Source: an uncultured delta proteobacterium (lineage in GTDB: Bacteria; Desulfobacterota; Desulfobacteria; Desulfobacterales; B30-G6). Taken from it: DNA of 32,000 bases. The DNA lies in the NCBI GenBank assembly GCA_963823335.1, contig CAWGLD010000001.1, positions 556,548 to 588,547 on the forward strand, written 5' to 3'. A program made the translations under genes and the position numbers. Under the pieces are notes generated by a model. That model ran no database searches. It was given only the letters and a program-made list of their open reading frames with translations, and was not told the DNA's origin. Position 1 is the stretch's first letter. Each line of letters begins with the position of its first letter. Positions 22,813 to 31,250 of the stretch are shown in pieces.

Positions 22813-24255
22813 ATGGGCATCAACACAATCAAATTACGTTCCGTAGGTATCGATGTCGGCAGCTCGACGTCGCATCTGGTATTCTCGAATCTGGTGTTGG
22901 TGAGGGATGAGATGTCCCCCTCCCGTCGCTTTAAAATCGAGCGCAGAGAGGTGATTTATGAAGGCCGGATCATCGACACACCCCTGCACGACAACGATAC
23001 GATTGACATCGATCGATTGATTGCATTTGTGAGGGATGAGTGCCGGCGGGCCGGTATCGATCCCGAAGAGATCGATACCGGTGCGGTGATCATCACGGGA
23101 GAAACGGCAAAAAAGCGCAATGCGCGCGAGATCGTGGAATCGTTGTCCAAAGATACGGGAAAATTTGTCGCAGCAACCGCCGGACCCAACTTCGAAAGCC
23201 TGCTGGCCGCCATGGGATCCGGTGCAACGACCCGTTCAAAGGACATGCAGAAAACCATCCTGTCCTGCGACATCGGCGGTGGAACCGCCAACATGGCCAT
23301 CTCCGTCAATGGGGAGGTTGTCTCCACAAGCTGTATTTCTGTGGGTGGAAGATTGCTGGCCATAAATTCCGACGGTACTATCCGCAAACTGGACAGACCT
23401 GCAAGAAAGATCATGCAGCATATCGGGCTGACCTACGACGTGGGGGATCGGATCCCCAAAGCGGATATGGGCAAAATCGCGTCATGCATGGCCGACGTGC
23501 TGATGGAGGTGCTCACCGGTCCTGCTGTCACGCTACTGGCCAAACAGTTGATGACGTCGCCCTCCCTGGATTTCCAGCATGAAATCGATGAATACTCTTT
23601 TTCAGGGGGTGTGGCCGAATTGATCTATGGGCCACCGTCCGATTACGGCGACGTGGGTGGCATGCTTGCAGAAAAACTGATGGCCCTGTTCCCCGATCTG
23701 AAGGCACCGGTGGTCGAACCGGTGAACAAGATCCGGGCCACCGTCATCGGTGCGGGAGCCTATTCATTGTCTATCTCGGGCTGCTCCGGATTTATGGATG
23801 AAAAACTGACCTTCCCCTTAAAAAACATTCCTGTGCTCAGGGTCGATGTAGAGCGCTCAAAACTGTCCGTCGAGCATGTCGTCTCCCAGGTAAATCTGGC
23901 CTATAAACGATTCGACTTACACGAAGGTGAAGAGACCGTGGCCCTGTACTTCAAAGATCCGGTTCAGGCATCCTATCCACGTCTGGAGCTGTTTGCAAAA
24001 TCGATCGAAGCCGCCCTGGTCAATTCCATTCAAAAAAAGATACCGATCATTCTCATTTTTGAAAAAGACGTCGCCTGCAGTGTCGGAAATGTCATTCAGC
24101 GGGAAACCGGTTTGAAAACAAACCTGCTCTCTTTGGACGAGTTGCTTTTAGAAGATGGAGAATGGATCGATATCGGCGCGCCTTTGGTTCATCGCCAGGT
24201 GTTTCCCGTAACCGTGAAATCCCTTGTGTTCCATTCCGACCCTTCAACGTGCTGA
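22813..24255 (+). CDS. EutA-like ASKHA ATPase (ethanolamine ammonia-lyase reactivase family) in a non-eut context
   Basis: 480 aa. SVGIDVGSSTSHLVFS, DTGAVIITGETAKKRNA, CDIGGGTANMA, ATVIGAGAYSLSISG and C-terminal PVTVKSLVF are collinear with E. coli EutA. Confidence 0.8.
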   Translation: MGINTIKLRSVGIDVGSSTSHLVFSNLVLVRDEMSPSRRFKIERREVIYEGRIIDTPLHDNDTIDIDRLIAFVRDECRRAGIDPEEIDTGAVIITGETAKKRNAREIVESLSKDTGKFVAATAGPNFESLLAAMGSGATTRSKDMQKTILSCDIGGGTANMAISVNGEVVSTSCISVGGRLLAINSDGTIRKLDRPARKIMQHIGLTYDVGDRIPKADMGKIASCMADVLMEVLTGPAVTLLAKQLMTSPSLDFQHEIDEYSFSGGVAELIYGPPSDYGDVGGMLAEKLMALFPDLKAPVVEPVNKIRATVIGAGAYSLSISGCSGFMDEKLTFPLKNIPVLRVDVERSKLSVEHVVSQVNLAYKRFDLHEGEETVALYFKDPVQASYPRLELFAKSIEAALVNSIQKKIPIILIFEKDVACSVGNVIQRETGLKTNLLSLDELLLEDGEWIDIGAPLVHRQVFPVTVKSLVFHSDPSTC

Positions 24256-24270
24256 CAGGATTTTTCCCTG

Positions 24271-24543
24271 TTACCCCCCTGCCAGCATAAGGGTGATCTG
24301 GATTTCATCACCATCCCCTACAGGTTTCCTGAGTTCGTCAGGGTAGGTGCTTTCCAGATTGAGGTAGATTTCGATCAGCTTGTGCAAGGTTCCGTCAGCA
24401 TTATACAGAACCTTTTTCATATCGGGAAAACGGCCGACCAGATCGTTGAGACACTCTCCGATGGTCCGGCCGGCGACCTCGATGGTTTTCTGGTTATCGG
24501 TGTACCGACGATGGCTTGAATGTATGTTGACTTTGACGCTCAT
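24271..24543 (-). CDS. MoaD/ThiS-family ubiquitin-fold sulfur-carrier-like protein
   Basis: Start set at ATG 24543 (MSVKVNIHSS...). 90 aa ending ...GDEIQITLMLAGG, with the diagnostic C-terminal Gly-Gly. Confidence 0.7.
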   Translation of the reverse strand: MSVKVNIHSSHRRYTDNQKTIEVAGRTIGECLNDLVGRFPDMKKVLYNADGTLHKLIEIYLNLESTYPDELRKPVGDGDEIQITLMLAGG

Positions 24544-24661
24544 GTTGCAATCCTGAATCGCTGAAATTGATTTGAAACCGTTATAACTGAACCCTGTAAC
24601 ATGCAATATAATAAACAATTCAGATTTTTTCCATCTCTATTGTCAAAAAAGGATCGTTTTA

Positions 24662-25450
24662 ATGTCCACCCTCGAACCGGTCACAAAACAACCGGGTTAT
24701 CAAGCTCCGGCCGTTCATAAGGCTTTCCAGCTGCTTCGCACCGTCGCTGCCTCCCATAAACCTTTGGGACTCACCGAACTGGCCCAGCAGCTCGGGTACA
24801 GCAAAAGCACCACCCACGGACTGGTCCATGCGCTTTTACGGGAAGGCGCCTTGGTCCAGGAAGCCAATGGACGCGGTCTTTTCTTGGGCCCGGTGGTTTC
24901 CGACCTGACCTTTGACAGCTGGAACTACCTCAAAGTGAATGAGTTGAGCCAGCCGATTATCAATGCCATTCGCGATGCAGCCGGTGAAACGGTATTTTTC
25001 GGTGTTTTGATCAACAAACGAGTGATCATCCTGACCATCGCGGAGGCTGCCGTACCACTGAAGATTTCCGGATCGACCGGCACCAGCATTTCACTTTTTG
25101 CCGGCGCTGTCGGTAAAGTCTTTCTGGCCGATGCAAACATTAGCGACGTAAAACTGTTGCTGCGGAAAAATAAACTTCCACGCTACACACCGCTTTCCAT
25201 CTGGAAAGAGAAAGACTACCTGCAGGAACTGGAACACGTGCGCAAGCTTGGTTATGCCGTTGACAACGAAGAATATCTGACCGGAGTGAAGGCGGTGGCC
25301 GTGGCTCTCCACAACCAGAAGGGCCCTCCCATGGCGGTCTGGGTCGTTGGATTGTCCAGTTCCATGACCAGGGCAAAAATGGACTGGATAATCGACAGTC
25401 TTGTTGTAAAAGCTGACATGCTCCGTCAAACATTGGCCGAAAACATGTGA
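24662..25450 (+). CDS. IclR-family transcriptional regulator
   Basis: 262 aa. N-terminal wHTH KAFQLLRTVAASHKPLGLTELAQQLGYSKSTTHGLVHAL and a C-terminal effector domain with YAVDNEEYLTGVKAVAVAL. Confidence 0.85.
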   Translation: MSTLEPVTKQPGYQAPAVHKAFQLLRTVAASHKPLGLTELAQQLGYSKSTTHGLVHALLREGALVQEANGRGLFLGPVVSDLTFDSWNYLKVNELSQPIINAIRDAAGETVFFGVLINKRVIILTIAEAAVPLKISGSTGTSISLFAGAVGKVFLADANISDVKLLLRKNKLPRYTPLSIWKEKDYLQELEHVRKLGYAVDNEEYLTGVKAVAVALHNQKGPPMAVWVVGLSSSMTRAKMDWIIDSLVVKADMLRQTLAENM

Positions 25451-25451
25451 C

Positions 25452-26048
25452 ATGGAATGGAAGCGATTCATACAGGAACTTTATCTGCGGGCCGAGCCTT
25501 ATCTGATAACGAGGAATGATTCCGTTCACACCCGGGTTGCCCATGGCTATGCACTGCTTCTGCTCCAAAAGGAGGGCGGTGACCGCAACATCGTCGAACC
25601 GGCCATCATCCTTCACGATGTCGGGTGGTCGGCACTCAAACCGGAGGACATCGAGACTGCCTATGGGATTCGGGCCACGGGTGCAAAAGCGCGCGAGCTG
25701 AATCGTGTCCACGAAATCCAGGGCGCCGGAATTGCCGCAGAGATCCTCGCCGACCTGGGTTGTGACACCATAAGCATCGACAGTATCGTAAAGATCATCG
25801 ACCGCCACGATTCCGGAACGAGCCCCGATACATTGGAAGAGAAGCTGGTGAAAGATGCGGACAAACTTTGGCGTTTTTCAATAATCGGGTACTCTTACGA
25901 GTTGCAAAGGCAGGCCAGCACCCACACGGCAAGACACGCTTTTCTGTCCCAAAAGGTCGACAGCTGGTTTTTTACCCCAACCGCAAAAGCGCTGGCAGAC
26001 AAAGAACTTCGGGCGCGCGACAAAGAAAACTACAAGGGTTCGATCTGA
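25452..26048 (+). CDS. HD-domain metal-dependent phosphohydrolase
   Basis: 198 aa. H...HD pattern IILHDVGW, RHDSG and KDADKLW. Confidence 0.7.
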   Translation: MEWKRFIQELYLRAEPYLITRNDSVHTRVAHGYALLLLQKEGGDRNIVEPAIILHDVGWSALKPEDIETAYGIRATGAKARELNRVHEIQGAGIAAEILADLGCDTISIDSIVKIIDRHDSGTSPDTLEEKLVKDADKLWRFSIIGYSYELQRQASTHTARHAFLSQKVDSWFFTPTAKALADKELRARDKENYKGSI

Positions 26049-26866
26049 CATGTGGGGCAGATGTGACTGCTGCGCTGGCCCACCAGGATGCGTTGAATGG
26101 CGGAACCACAGCGCGGGCACGCCTGCCCGCCCCGGCGGAATACCTTGAGTTGATCGGCATTGCGGCCCTGGCGACCGGCCACCGAGTAGAAATTTCCCGC
26201 GCCACCACCCAGGGTCGTACCCATGTTTCGCAGCCCGGTACGCAGCACATACGGTATGGCCCGGTGCAGGTCAGTGATTTCTTTTTTCGAAAGTGAACAG
26301 CTGATACGCAAGGGGTGAATTATAGCCTTCCAGAGCGCTTCGTCCACGTAGATGTTGCCCAGACCGGCAATAAATCGCTGGTCCAGCAGCAGGGGCTTGA
26401 TCTGGCGTCTGCAGGCCTCGAGCATCTTGCCAAAACGGGCCGCAGTGAAGTCATCCGCCAGAGGTTCGGGCCCCAGTTTTCCCAGGACCGTCCCGGGGTC
26501 TTTGGTGAGGAGAATGCGGCCGAACTTGCGTGTATCCTGAAAGCGCAGCTCCCTCTTTTCCCCCAGATCCAGGATCACATGTTCGTGTCTGTTACGTTCC
26601 TTGCCCTTGAGCTCCCAGTTCAGATGCCCGGTCATACGCAGATGGATCAGCAGGGTCAGGCCCTGGGACAGCTCCATGACAATATATTTACCCCGACGCG
26701 TGATCTGCTGGATCGTGTGCCCCTCGATGCTTTTACAGAAGACAGCGGGCGTCATTTCGGCAATGGTCCTGGGCCAGTACACCCTGGCACCGGCAATACA
26801 ACACCCGGCGATCTTGAGCCCGTTCAGGTTGTCCACCACCGTCTGTACTTCAGGCAACTCGGGCAT
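26030..26866 (-). CDS. mutM: Formamidopyrimidine-DNA glycosylase (Fpg/MutM)
   Basis: 278 aa. N-terminal MPELPEVQTV and a C-terminal zinc finger CPRCGSAI...CPTCQ. Confidence 0.9.
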   Translation of the reverse strand: MPELPEVQTVVDNLNGLKIAGCCIAGARVYWPRTIAEMTPAVFCKSIEGHTIQQITRRGKYIVMELSQGLTLLIHLRMTGHLNWELKGKERNRHEHVILDLGEKRELRFQDTRKFGRILLTKDPGTVLGKLGPEPLADDFTAARFGKMLEACRRQIKPLLLDQRFIAGLGNIYVDEALWKAIIHPLRISCSLSKKEITDLHRAIPYVLRTGLRNMGTTLGGGAGNFYSVAGRQGRNADQLKVFRRGGQACPRCGSAIQRILVGQRSSHICPTCQIEPL

Positions 26867-26878
26867 GATGACGTTCCT

Positions 26879-27721
26879 TTACCTGCCCAACCGTTGCAGC
26901 TCCACCTCCACGGCAGCTGAAAAACTCTCCAGGCTGCGTTGCCGCTGCAGACGCCCGTTGATGTATACCGCGGGCGTACCCCTGACATCGGCTTCTCTGG
27001 CCCATTGCACGTCCTTTAAAATCTGATCCGTCACCTGGGCTGCCTTGCGCTGGGTGTCGAAAGCGCTCTTGTCCAGATCGAGACTGACGCGGATCTCTTC
27101 CACCTTGGCCTCATTCAGGCTGTTGTAACTGGCAAAAAGAGCATCGTGAAATTCCCAGAAACGACCCTGGGCATGGGCCGCCAGGGCGGCAGCGGCGGCT
27201 TGACGCGCAAATTTGTGACTGCGCAAAGGAAAATTTTTGAAGACGAGCTTGACCTGTTGGGGATATTTCTCGAGCAACTGCTCGAGTACCGGCGCGAGCC
27301 GGGCGCAGTAAGGTCATTGAAAATCGGTAAAAACCACCACCGCCACGGCTGCGTCCAGAGCTCCCTTGGTGGGGGAACCGTCAACGGGAATATCCACGAT
27401 GAACGTCAGGATGAGCTCCTGGATACGATTGCCGGCGGAGTTGACCAGATAGAGACGATCCTCTGCCGGACCCGCTTGAATGCCGTCCACTCCGGGATCC
27501 ACCGTCAGGGTGTCGTACAGTTCGCCGGTGCTCTTGAAAATCTGCAGTTTGGCATCTGCCGTGAGCACATAGATATAGCGCCCGTTACCCGGAACGACCA
27601 GGTCAACAGGTGTTGCCTTGAGCTGGAAGGTACGTACCACCTGGGCCTCCACTTCGGCCTGAGCCGGGGAAACCACTGCCAGTAATAAAATTAGCGATAT
27701 CAGCCAATGGTGTGCTTTCAT
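26879..27721 (-). CDS. Secreted DsbA-like thioredoxin-fold protein with in-frame TGA (candidate selenocysteine) in the UxxC redox motif
   Basis: ORFs 27314-27721 and 26879-27277 are in the same frame, separated only by TGA at 27316-27314. The joined sequence reads VVVFTDFQ-TGA-PYCARLAPVLEQL, the DFQCPYC DsbA motif with the first Cys codon as TGA. N-terminal signal peptide MKAHHWLISLILLLAVVSPAQA. Confidence 0.7.
27268..27302 (-). other. Candidate bacterial SECIS hairpins downstream of the in-frame UGA
   Basis: On the mRNA, CCGGC-UCGC-GCCGG occupies nt 12-25 after UGA and CUCGAGC-AGUU-GCUCGAG occupies nt 29-46. Both lie in the distance range expected for bacterial SECIS apical loops. Confidence 0.4.
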
Positions 27722-27875
27722 AAAAACATCCTTGATCCATTACAGGTAACGCGGGTTGCTTCACCCCACAGGTTCGGCTCATCCAGGAACGCATTGTTCC
27801 CATGTAGACATAACGCAATCGACATCAACGTCTATCATATTGTCGAAGCAAATAAAAGCCCTACCCACCTGCCGA

Positions 27876-27904
27876 TTGACAACAACACCCACAGCAGGTA
27901 TTCT
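27876..27904 (+). promoter_or_regulatory. Candidate sigma-70 promoter upstream of lutA
   Basis: TTGACA, a 17-nt spacer, then TATTCT, about 150 nt upstream of the lutA ATG. Confidence 0.3.
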
Positions 27905-27968
27905 CACAACAAACACCACGCAAAGAGAAGGACGAAGGGCTTAGGAATGAGGACTGAGTTGCTGGAAA

Positions 27969-28043
27969 GCGACTGTCAGCCATCAGCTGTTAGCCGACTT
28001 AAAACCTAACACCTAAAACTTAAAACCGTCTTAAACTTAAAAC
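27969..28043 (+). repeat. CAGCTG plus CTTAAAAC/CCTAACAC A/C-rich repeat module
   Basis: GCGACTGTCAGCC-AT-CAGCTGTTAGC followed by CTTAAAACCTAACACCTAAAACTTAAAACC...CTTAAACTTAAAACC. Related modules occur at 3601-3630 (inverted), 7281-7310 (inverted) and 11798-11834. Confidence 0.75.
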
Positions 28044-28053
28044 CAGAATTAAT

Positions 28054-28785
28054 ATGGATTCAGTTAAAAATATCACCCTCTTCGTCCAGTGCCTGGTGGA
28101 TGGTCTCTATCCAGAGGTGGGAGAGGCCATGCTGACGATCTTCAAGCGTCTCGGCATCCAGGTGGACTGCCCCATGGACCAGACCTGCTGCGGCCAGCCC
28201 GCCTTCAACGCCGGTCATCGAAAGGCCGCCAGGGTAGCCGCCAGGAGGTTCATTGAAATTTTCGAACACGCGGAGTGGATTGTCTGCCCTTCGGGATCCT
28301 GCGTCAACATGGTAAAAAACCATTATCCGGACCTTTTCGAAGATGATGCTGTGTGGGCCGAGCGGGCAAAGCAGGTGGGACAGCGAACCTATGAACTGAG
28401 TCAGTTTCTGGTGGACATTCTGAGCGTCGAGGACCTGGGTGCCGCCCATCACGGCAAAATAACCTACCATGACTCCTGCCACCTGCTCAGAGGTCTGGGT
28501 GTCGGGGAACAGCCACGGCGTCTGATACGGCATGTAAAACAGGCTGAATTTGTCGAGATGAAAGATTCGGACCGCTGTTGCGGGTTCGGGGGAACCTTTT
28601 CGGTCAAATACCCGGACATCTCAACGGCCATGGTGGACGACAAGATCCGCAACATTCTCGCAACCGGGGCCGATACCGTTACCGGTTGCGACATCAGCTG
28701 TCTCATGAACATCCAGGGCAGACTCAGCCGCATAGGGTCATCTATCAAGGTGTTGCATATTGCGCAATTGTTGGCAGATAAATAG
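28054..28785 (+). CDS. lutA: Lactate utilisation protein A (CCG-domain Fe-S oxidoreductase)
   Basis: 243 aa. ITLFVQCLVDGLYPEVGEA...CCGQPAFNAG...VCPSGSCVNM is collinear with B. subtilis LutA. Confidence 0.85.
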   Translation: MDSVKNITLFVQCLVDGLYPEVGEAMLTIFKRLGIQVDCPMDQTCCGQPAFNAGHRKAARVAARRFIEIFEHAEWIVCPSGSCVNMVKNHYPDLFEDDAVWAERAKQVGQRTYELSQFLVDILSVEDLGAAHHGKITYHDSCHLLRGLGVGEQPRRLIRHVKQAEFVEMKDSDRCCGFGGTFSVKYPDISTAMVDDKIRNILATGADTVTGCDISCLMNIQGRLSRIGSSIKVLHIAQLLADK

Positions 28786-28817
28786 CTGTTATAGAGGCCA
28801 AGGATCGAGAAAAGAAA

Positions 28818-28985
28818 TTGTCATTTGCTTCGCGATATTTATGGTCATTTACTTCGTGTCATTTATTGTAGCTATCAGCTATGAGCAACAATAAATGACG
28901 CCCGCAGGGCAAATGTCGCGCGCAGCGCAAATGACATCCGAAGGATTAATGACGCCCGCAGGGCAAACGGCGTCCGAAGGAAATA
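28818..28985 (+). repeat. AAATGAC 18-nt tandem and inverted repeat element, copy 2 (between lutA and lutB)
   Basis: The left arm holds three inverted GTCATTT units (28820-28866). Five 18-nt units begin at 28893, 28911, 28929, 28947 and 28965, and the last ends at the lutB ATG. Confidence 0.85.
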
Positions 28986-30398
28986 ATGAAACCATCGAGC
29001 TACACGCGTCTGTCCCAATCGGCCATAAAAGATCCTGTGCTCCACACCGCCCTGGCAAACCTCCAGGAACGGTTCGGCAAGGGCGCGGCCCTGGGGTACC
29101 GGAAATTTCCGGAGGGACCGGGGCTGCGTCTCAAGGCCCATGATATCCGCATGAATGCCATCGAAAATCTCGACATCCTGCTGGAAACCCTCGCCCGAAA
29201 CATCCGCGGAAACGGAGGCCATGTTCATTTTGCCCGGGATGCCCAGACGGCTGTGGACTGCTGTCTCGACATCGCCCGTAAGCATGACGTGAGCATGGCG
29301 GTCAAGGGCAAATCCATGCTCAGTGAAGAAATCGGGCTCAACAAGGCCCTTCAAGAGGCCGGTATCGAAGCCGTGGAGACCGATCTGGGGGAATACATCA
29401 TCCAGCTGGCCGGCGAAACACCGTCCCACATCATCGCACCCGCCGTTCACAAAACCCGGCAGCAGGTGGGCCGTCTCTTTCAGAAAAAGCTGGGTATCCC
29501 CTATTCCGAGGATCCGCCCACCCTGACCCTGGCTGCCAGAAAAGCCCTGCGGGAAAAATTTTTGAAAGCCGAAATGGGCATCTCGGGCTGCAACCTGGCC
29601 TGTGCTGAAACCGGTCACATCACCACCGTGTCCAACGAGGGCAATATCCGCATGTCCACCACCCTGCCCCGGGTGCACGTGGCCTTCATGGGCATGGAAC
29701 GGGTTGTGGCCGATCTCAAGGACCACGAAATTTTTTTCCGTCTGCTTTCCATGGGCGGTGCCGCCCAGAACATGGCTGGCTATGTCAGCTACCGCGGCGG
29801 CCTGGGAGACAAAGGCCTCCTGGGCGGACCGGGTGAGTTTCATCTGATCGTCATCGACAACGGTCGCAGCCGGATCCTCGCCGATCCCGACTTCAAGGAG
29901 ATGCTCTGCTGCATCCGTTGCGGGGGCTGTCTCAACATCTGCCCGGTATACGGGGAAATCGGCGGACATGCTTACAATTCCCCTTATTCCGGACCGGTGG
30001 GGGCTGTTGTCACGCCCCTGTTACAAGGGATCAACCGCCATGCCGACCTCTGCCAGGGAGAGTCTCTGTGCGGGGCCTGCATGGATGCCTGCCCCGTCAA
30101 CATCGACATCCCCCGCATGCTGCTTCGGCTGCGCCAGAAACTGGCCGAGGGAGACCCCTCCTGGAATGTCACGATCAAGAGTCGCCTGGATCAGGCCGTT
30201 TTTGCCGCCTGGTCACTCCTGATCCGCAATCCGCGTCTTTACGATTTGTTTCTAAAATCCGCTGTTGTGGGTCAGAAATTTCTGCCCGGAAAAGAACAGA
30301 TGATCTCCAGGCTCCCTTTTTCCGGCAAAGGCTGGACCGACAGCCGGGATCTCAAGAAATTCGCCCAAAAGCGCTTTTTGGATCGTGGAAGATCATGA
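28986..30398 (+). CDS. lutB: Lactate utilisation protein B (4Fe-4S, LUD domain)
   Basis: 470 aa. Ferredoxin motifs CIRCGGCLNICP and CGACMDACP, with an N-terminal LUD-type domain. Confidence 0.85.
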   Translation: MKPSSYTRLSQSAIKDPVLHTALANLQERFGKGAALGYRKFPEGPGLRLKAHDIRMNAIENLDILLETLARNIRGNGGHVHFARDAQTAVDCCLDIARKHDVSMAVKGKSMLSEEIGLNKALQEAGIEAVETDLGEYIIQLAGETPSHIIAPAVHKTRQQVGRLFQKKLGIPYSEDPPTLTLAARKALREKFLKAEMGISGCNLACAETGHITTVSNEGNIRMSTTLPRVHVAFMGMERVVADLKDHEIFFRLLSMGGAAQNMAGYVSYRGGLGDKGLLGGPGEFHLIVIDNGRSRILADPDFKEMLCCIRCGGCLNICPVYGEIGGHAYNSPYSGPVGAVVTPLLQGINRHADLCQGESLCGACMDACPVNIDIPRMLLRLRQKLAEGDPSWNVTIKSRLDQAVFAAWSLLIRNPRLYDLFLKSAVVGQKFLPGKEQMISRLPFSGKGWTDSRDLKKFAQKRFLDRGRS

Positions 30399-31195
30399 AA
30401 CCAATCAAACCAGTAAATGGCCAATCCCCGATCCCCGTCGATCAAACCCGATTCATCGCTAACATCAAAAAAGCCCTGGGACGGTCCGATTTCGAGCATC
30501 GCCGAATGGAAGACCTCATTCAAACCAGCCCCGATAGCAACGATCTTGCCTTGATGCAAACCATCCAGAGCCGTGACCGAAAAATGCGACTCACCCTCCT
30601 GGACAGGATGATGGAGGTTGCCAAAACCATCAACACGAAAGTCGCGGCGGCAGAAACCAAAACCCAGATCGCGGCGGCCATTGCTAAAATCGCCATTGAT
30701 TCAAATGCGGAATGGGGCGACGGAAAATCCATCGTGGCCTGGGATCATCCCCTGGTGAATGGCCTGGATCTGCCCGCAGCCATGCAACCCCTGGGTGTTC
30801 CGGTCTATTTTCCGGAAAACGACGCCTGCAGTGCCGGAGCAAAGACTTTCCGCAAACAGTCCGAGACCGCCTTGATGGGCATAACCTCGGCTGATTTCGG
30901 TCTGGCGGAAACCGCTACCCTGACCATGAAAACCCGCCCCGGACAACCCCTGCACGTCTCCCTTCTACCCTCCATCCACATCGCCGTGATCCGGCTGGAA
31001 CAAATCCTGTCCAATCTCAAGGAGTTTTACGCCCTGCTCAAATGGGACCCCGCACAACAGGCTGAGGGTCTCACCCACAGCATGTCCTTTATCACCGGCC
31101 CCAGCAAAACCGCCGATATCGAAGCCACCCTGGTCCACGGCGCCCATGGCCCCAGGGAGCTGGTTATCTTCGTTTTGAAAAATGAAACGAGCTGA
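30395..31195 (+). CDS. lutC: Lactate utilisation protein C (LUD domain)
   Basis: Start set at ATG 30395, overlapping the lutB stop (ATGA). GITSADFGLAETATL, SLLPSIHIAV and ITGPSKTADIEATLVHGAHGP are LutC hallmarks. Confidence 0.8.
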   Translation: MKPIKPVNGQSPIPVDQTRFIANIKKALGRSDFEHRRMEDLIQTSPDSNDLALMQTIQSRDRKMRLTLLDRMMEVAKTINTKVAAAETKTQIAAAIAKIAIDSNAEWGDGKSIVAWDHPLVNGLDLPAAMQPLGVPVYFPENDACSAGAKTFRKQSETALMGITSADFGLAETATLTMKTRPGQPLHVSLLPSIHIAVIRLEQILSNLKEFYALLKWDPAQQAEGLTHSMSFITGPSKTADIEATLVHGAHGPRELVIFVLKNETS

Positions 31196-31250
31196 AACCA
31201 GCAATTACGTCTAACATCTCACATTTTGCGTCTCCCTCCCTGAAACTATG

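Noticed and set aside
24255-24271. A 5-bp hairpin ACAGG-ATTTTTC-CCTGT between the convergent EutA-like and MoaD-like genes, considered as a bidirectional terminator.
   Set aside because: The stem is too short and overlaps both stop codons, which is insufficient evidence.
26879-27721. Reading the two thioredoxin-fold ORFs as a pseudogene broken by a nonsense mutation.
   Set aside because: The stop is TGA, sits exactly at the first Cys of the DFQ-C-PYC motif, keeps the frame, and is followed by hairpins. A Sec codon is more parsimonious. This remains unproven without confirming the sel genes and a SECIS element.
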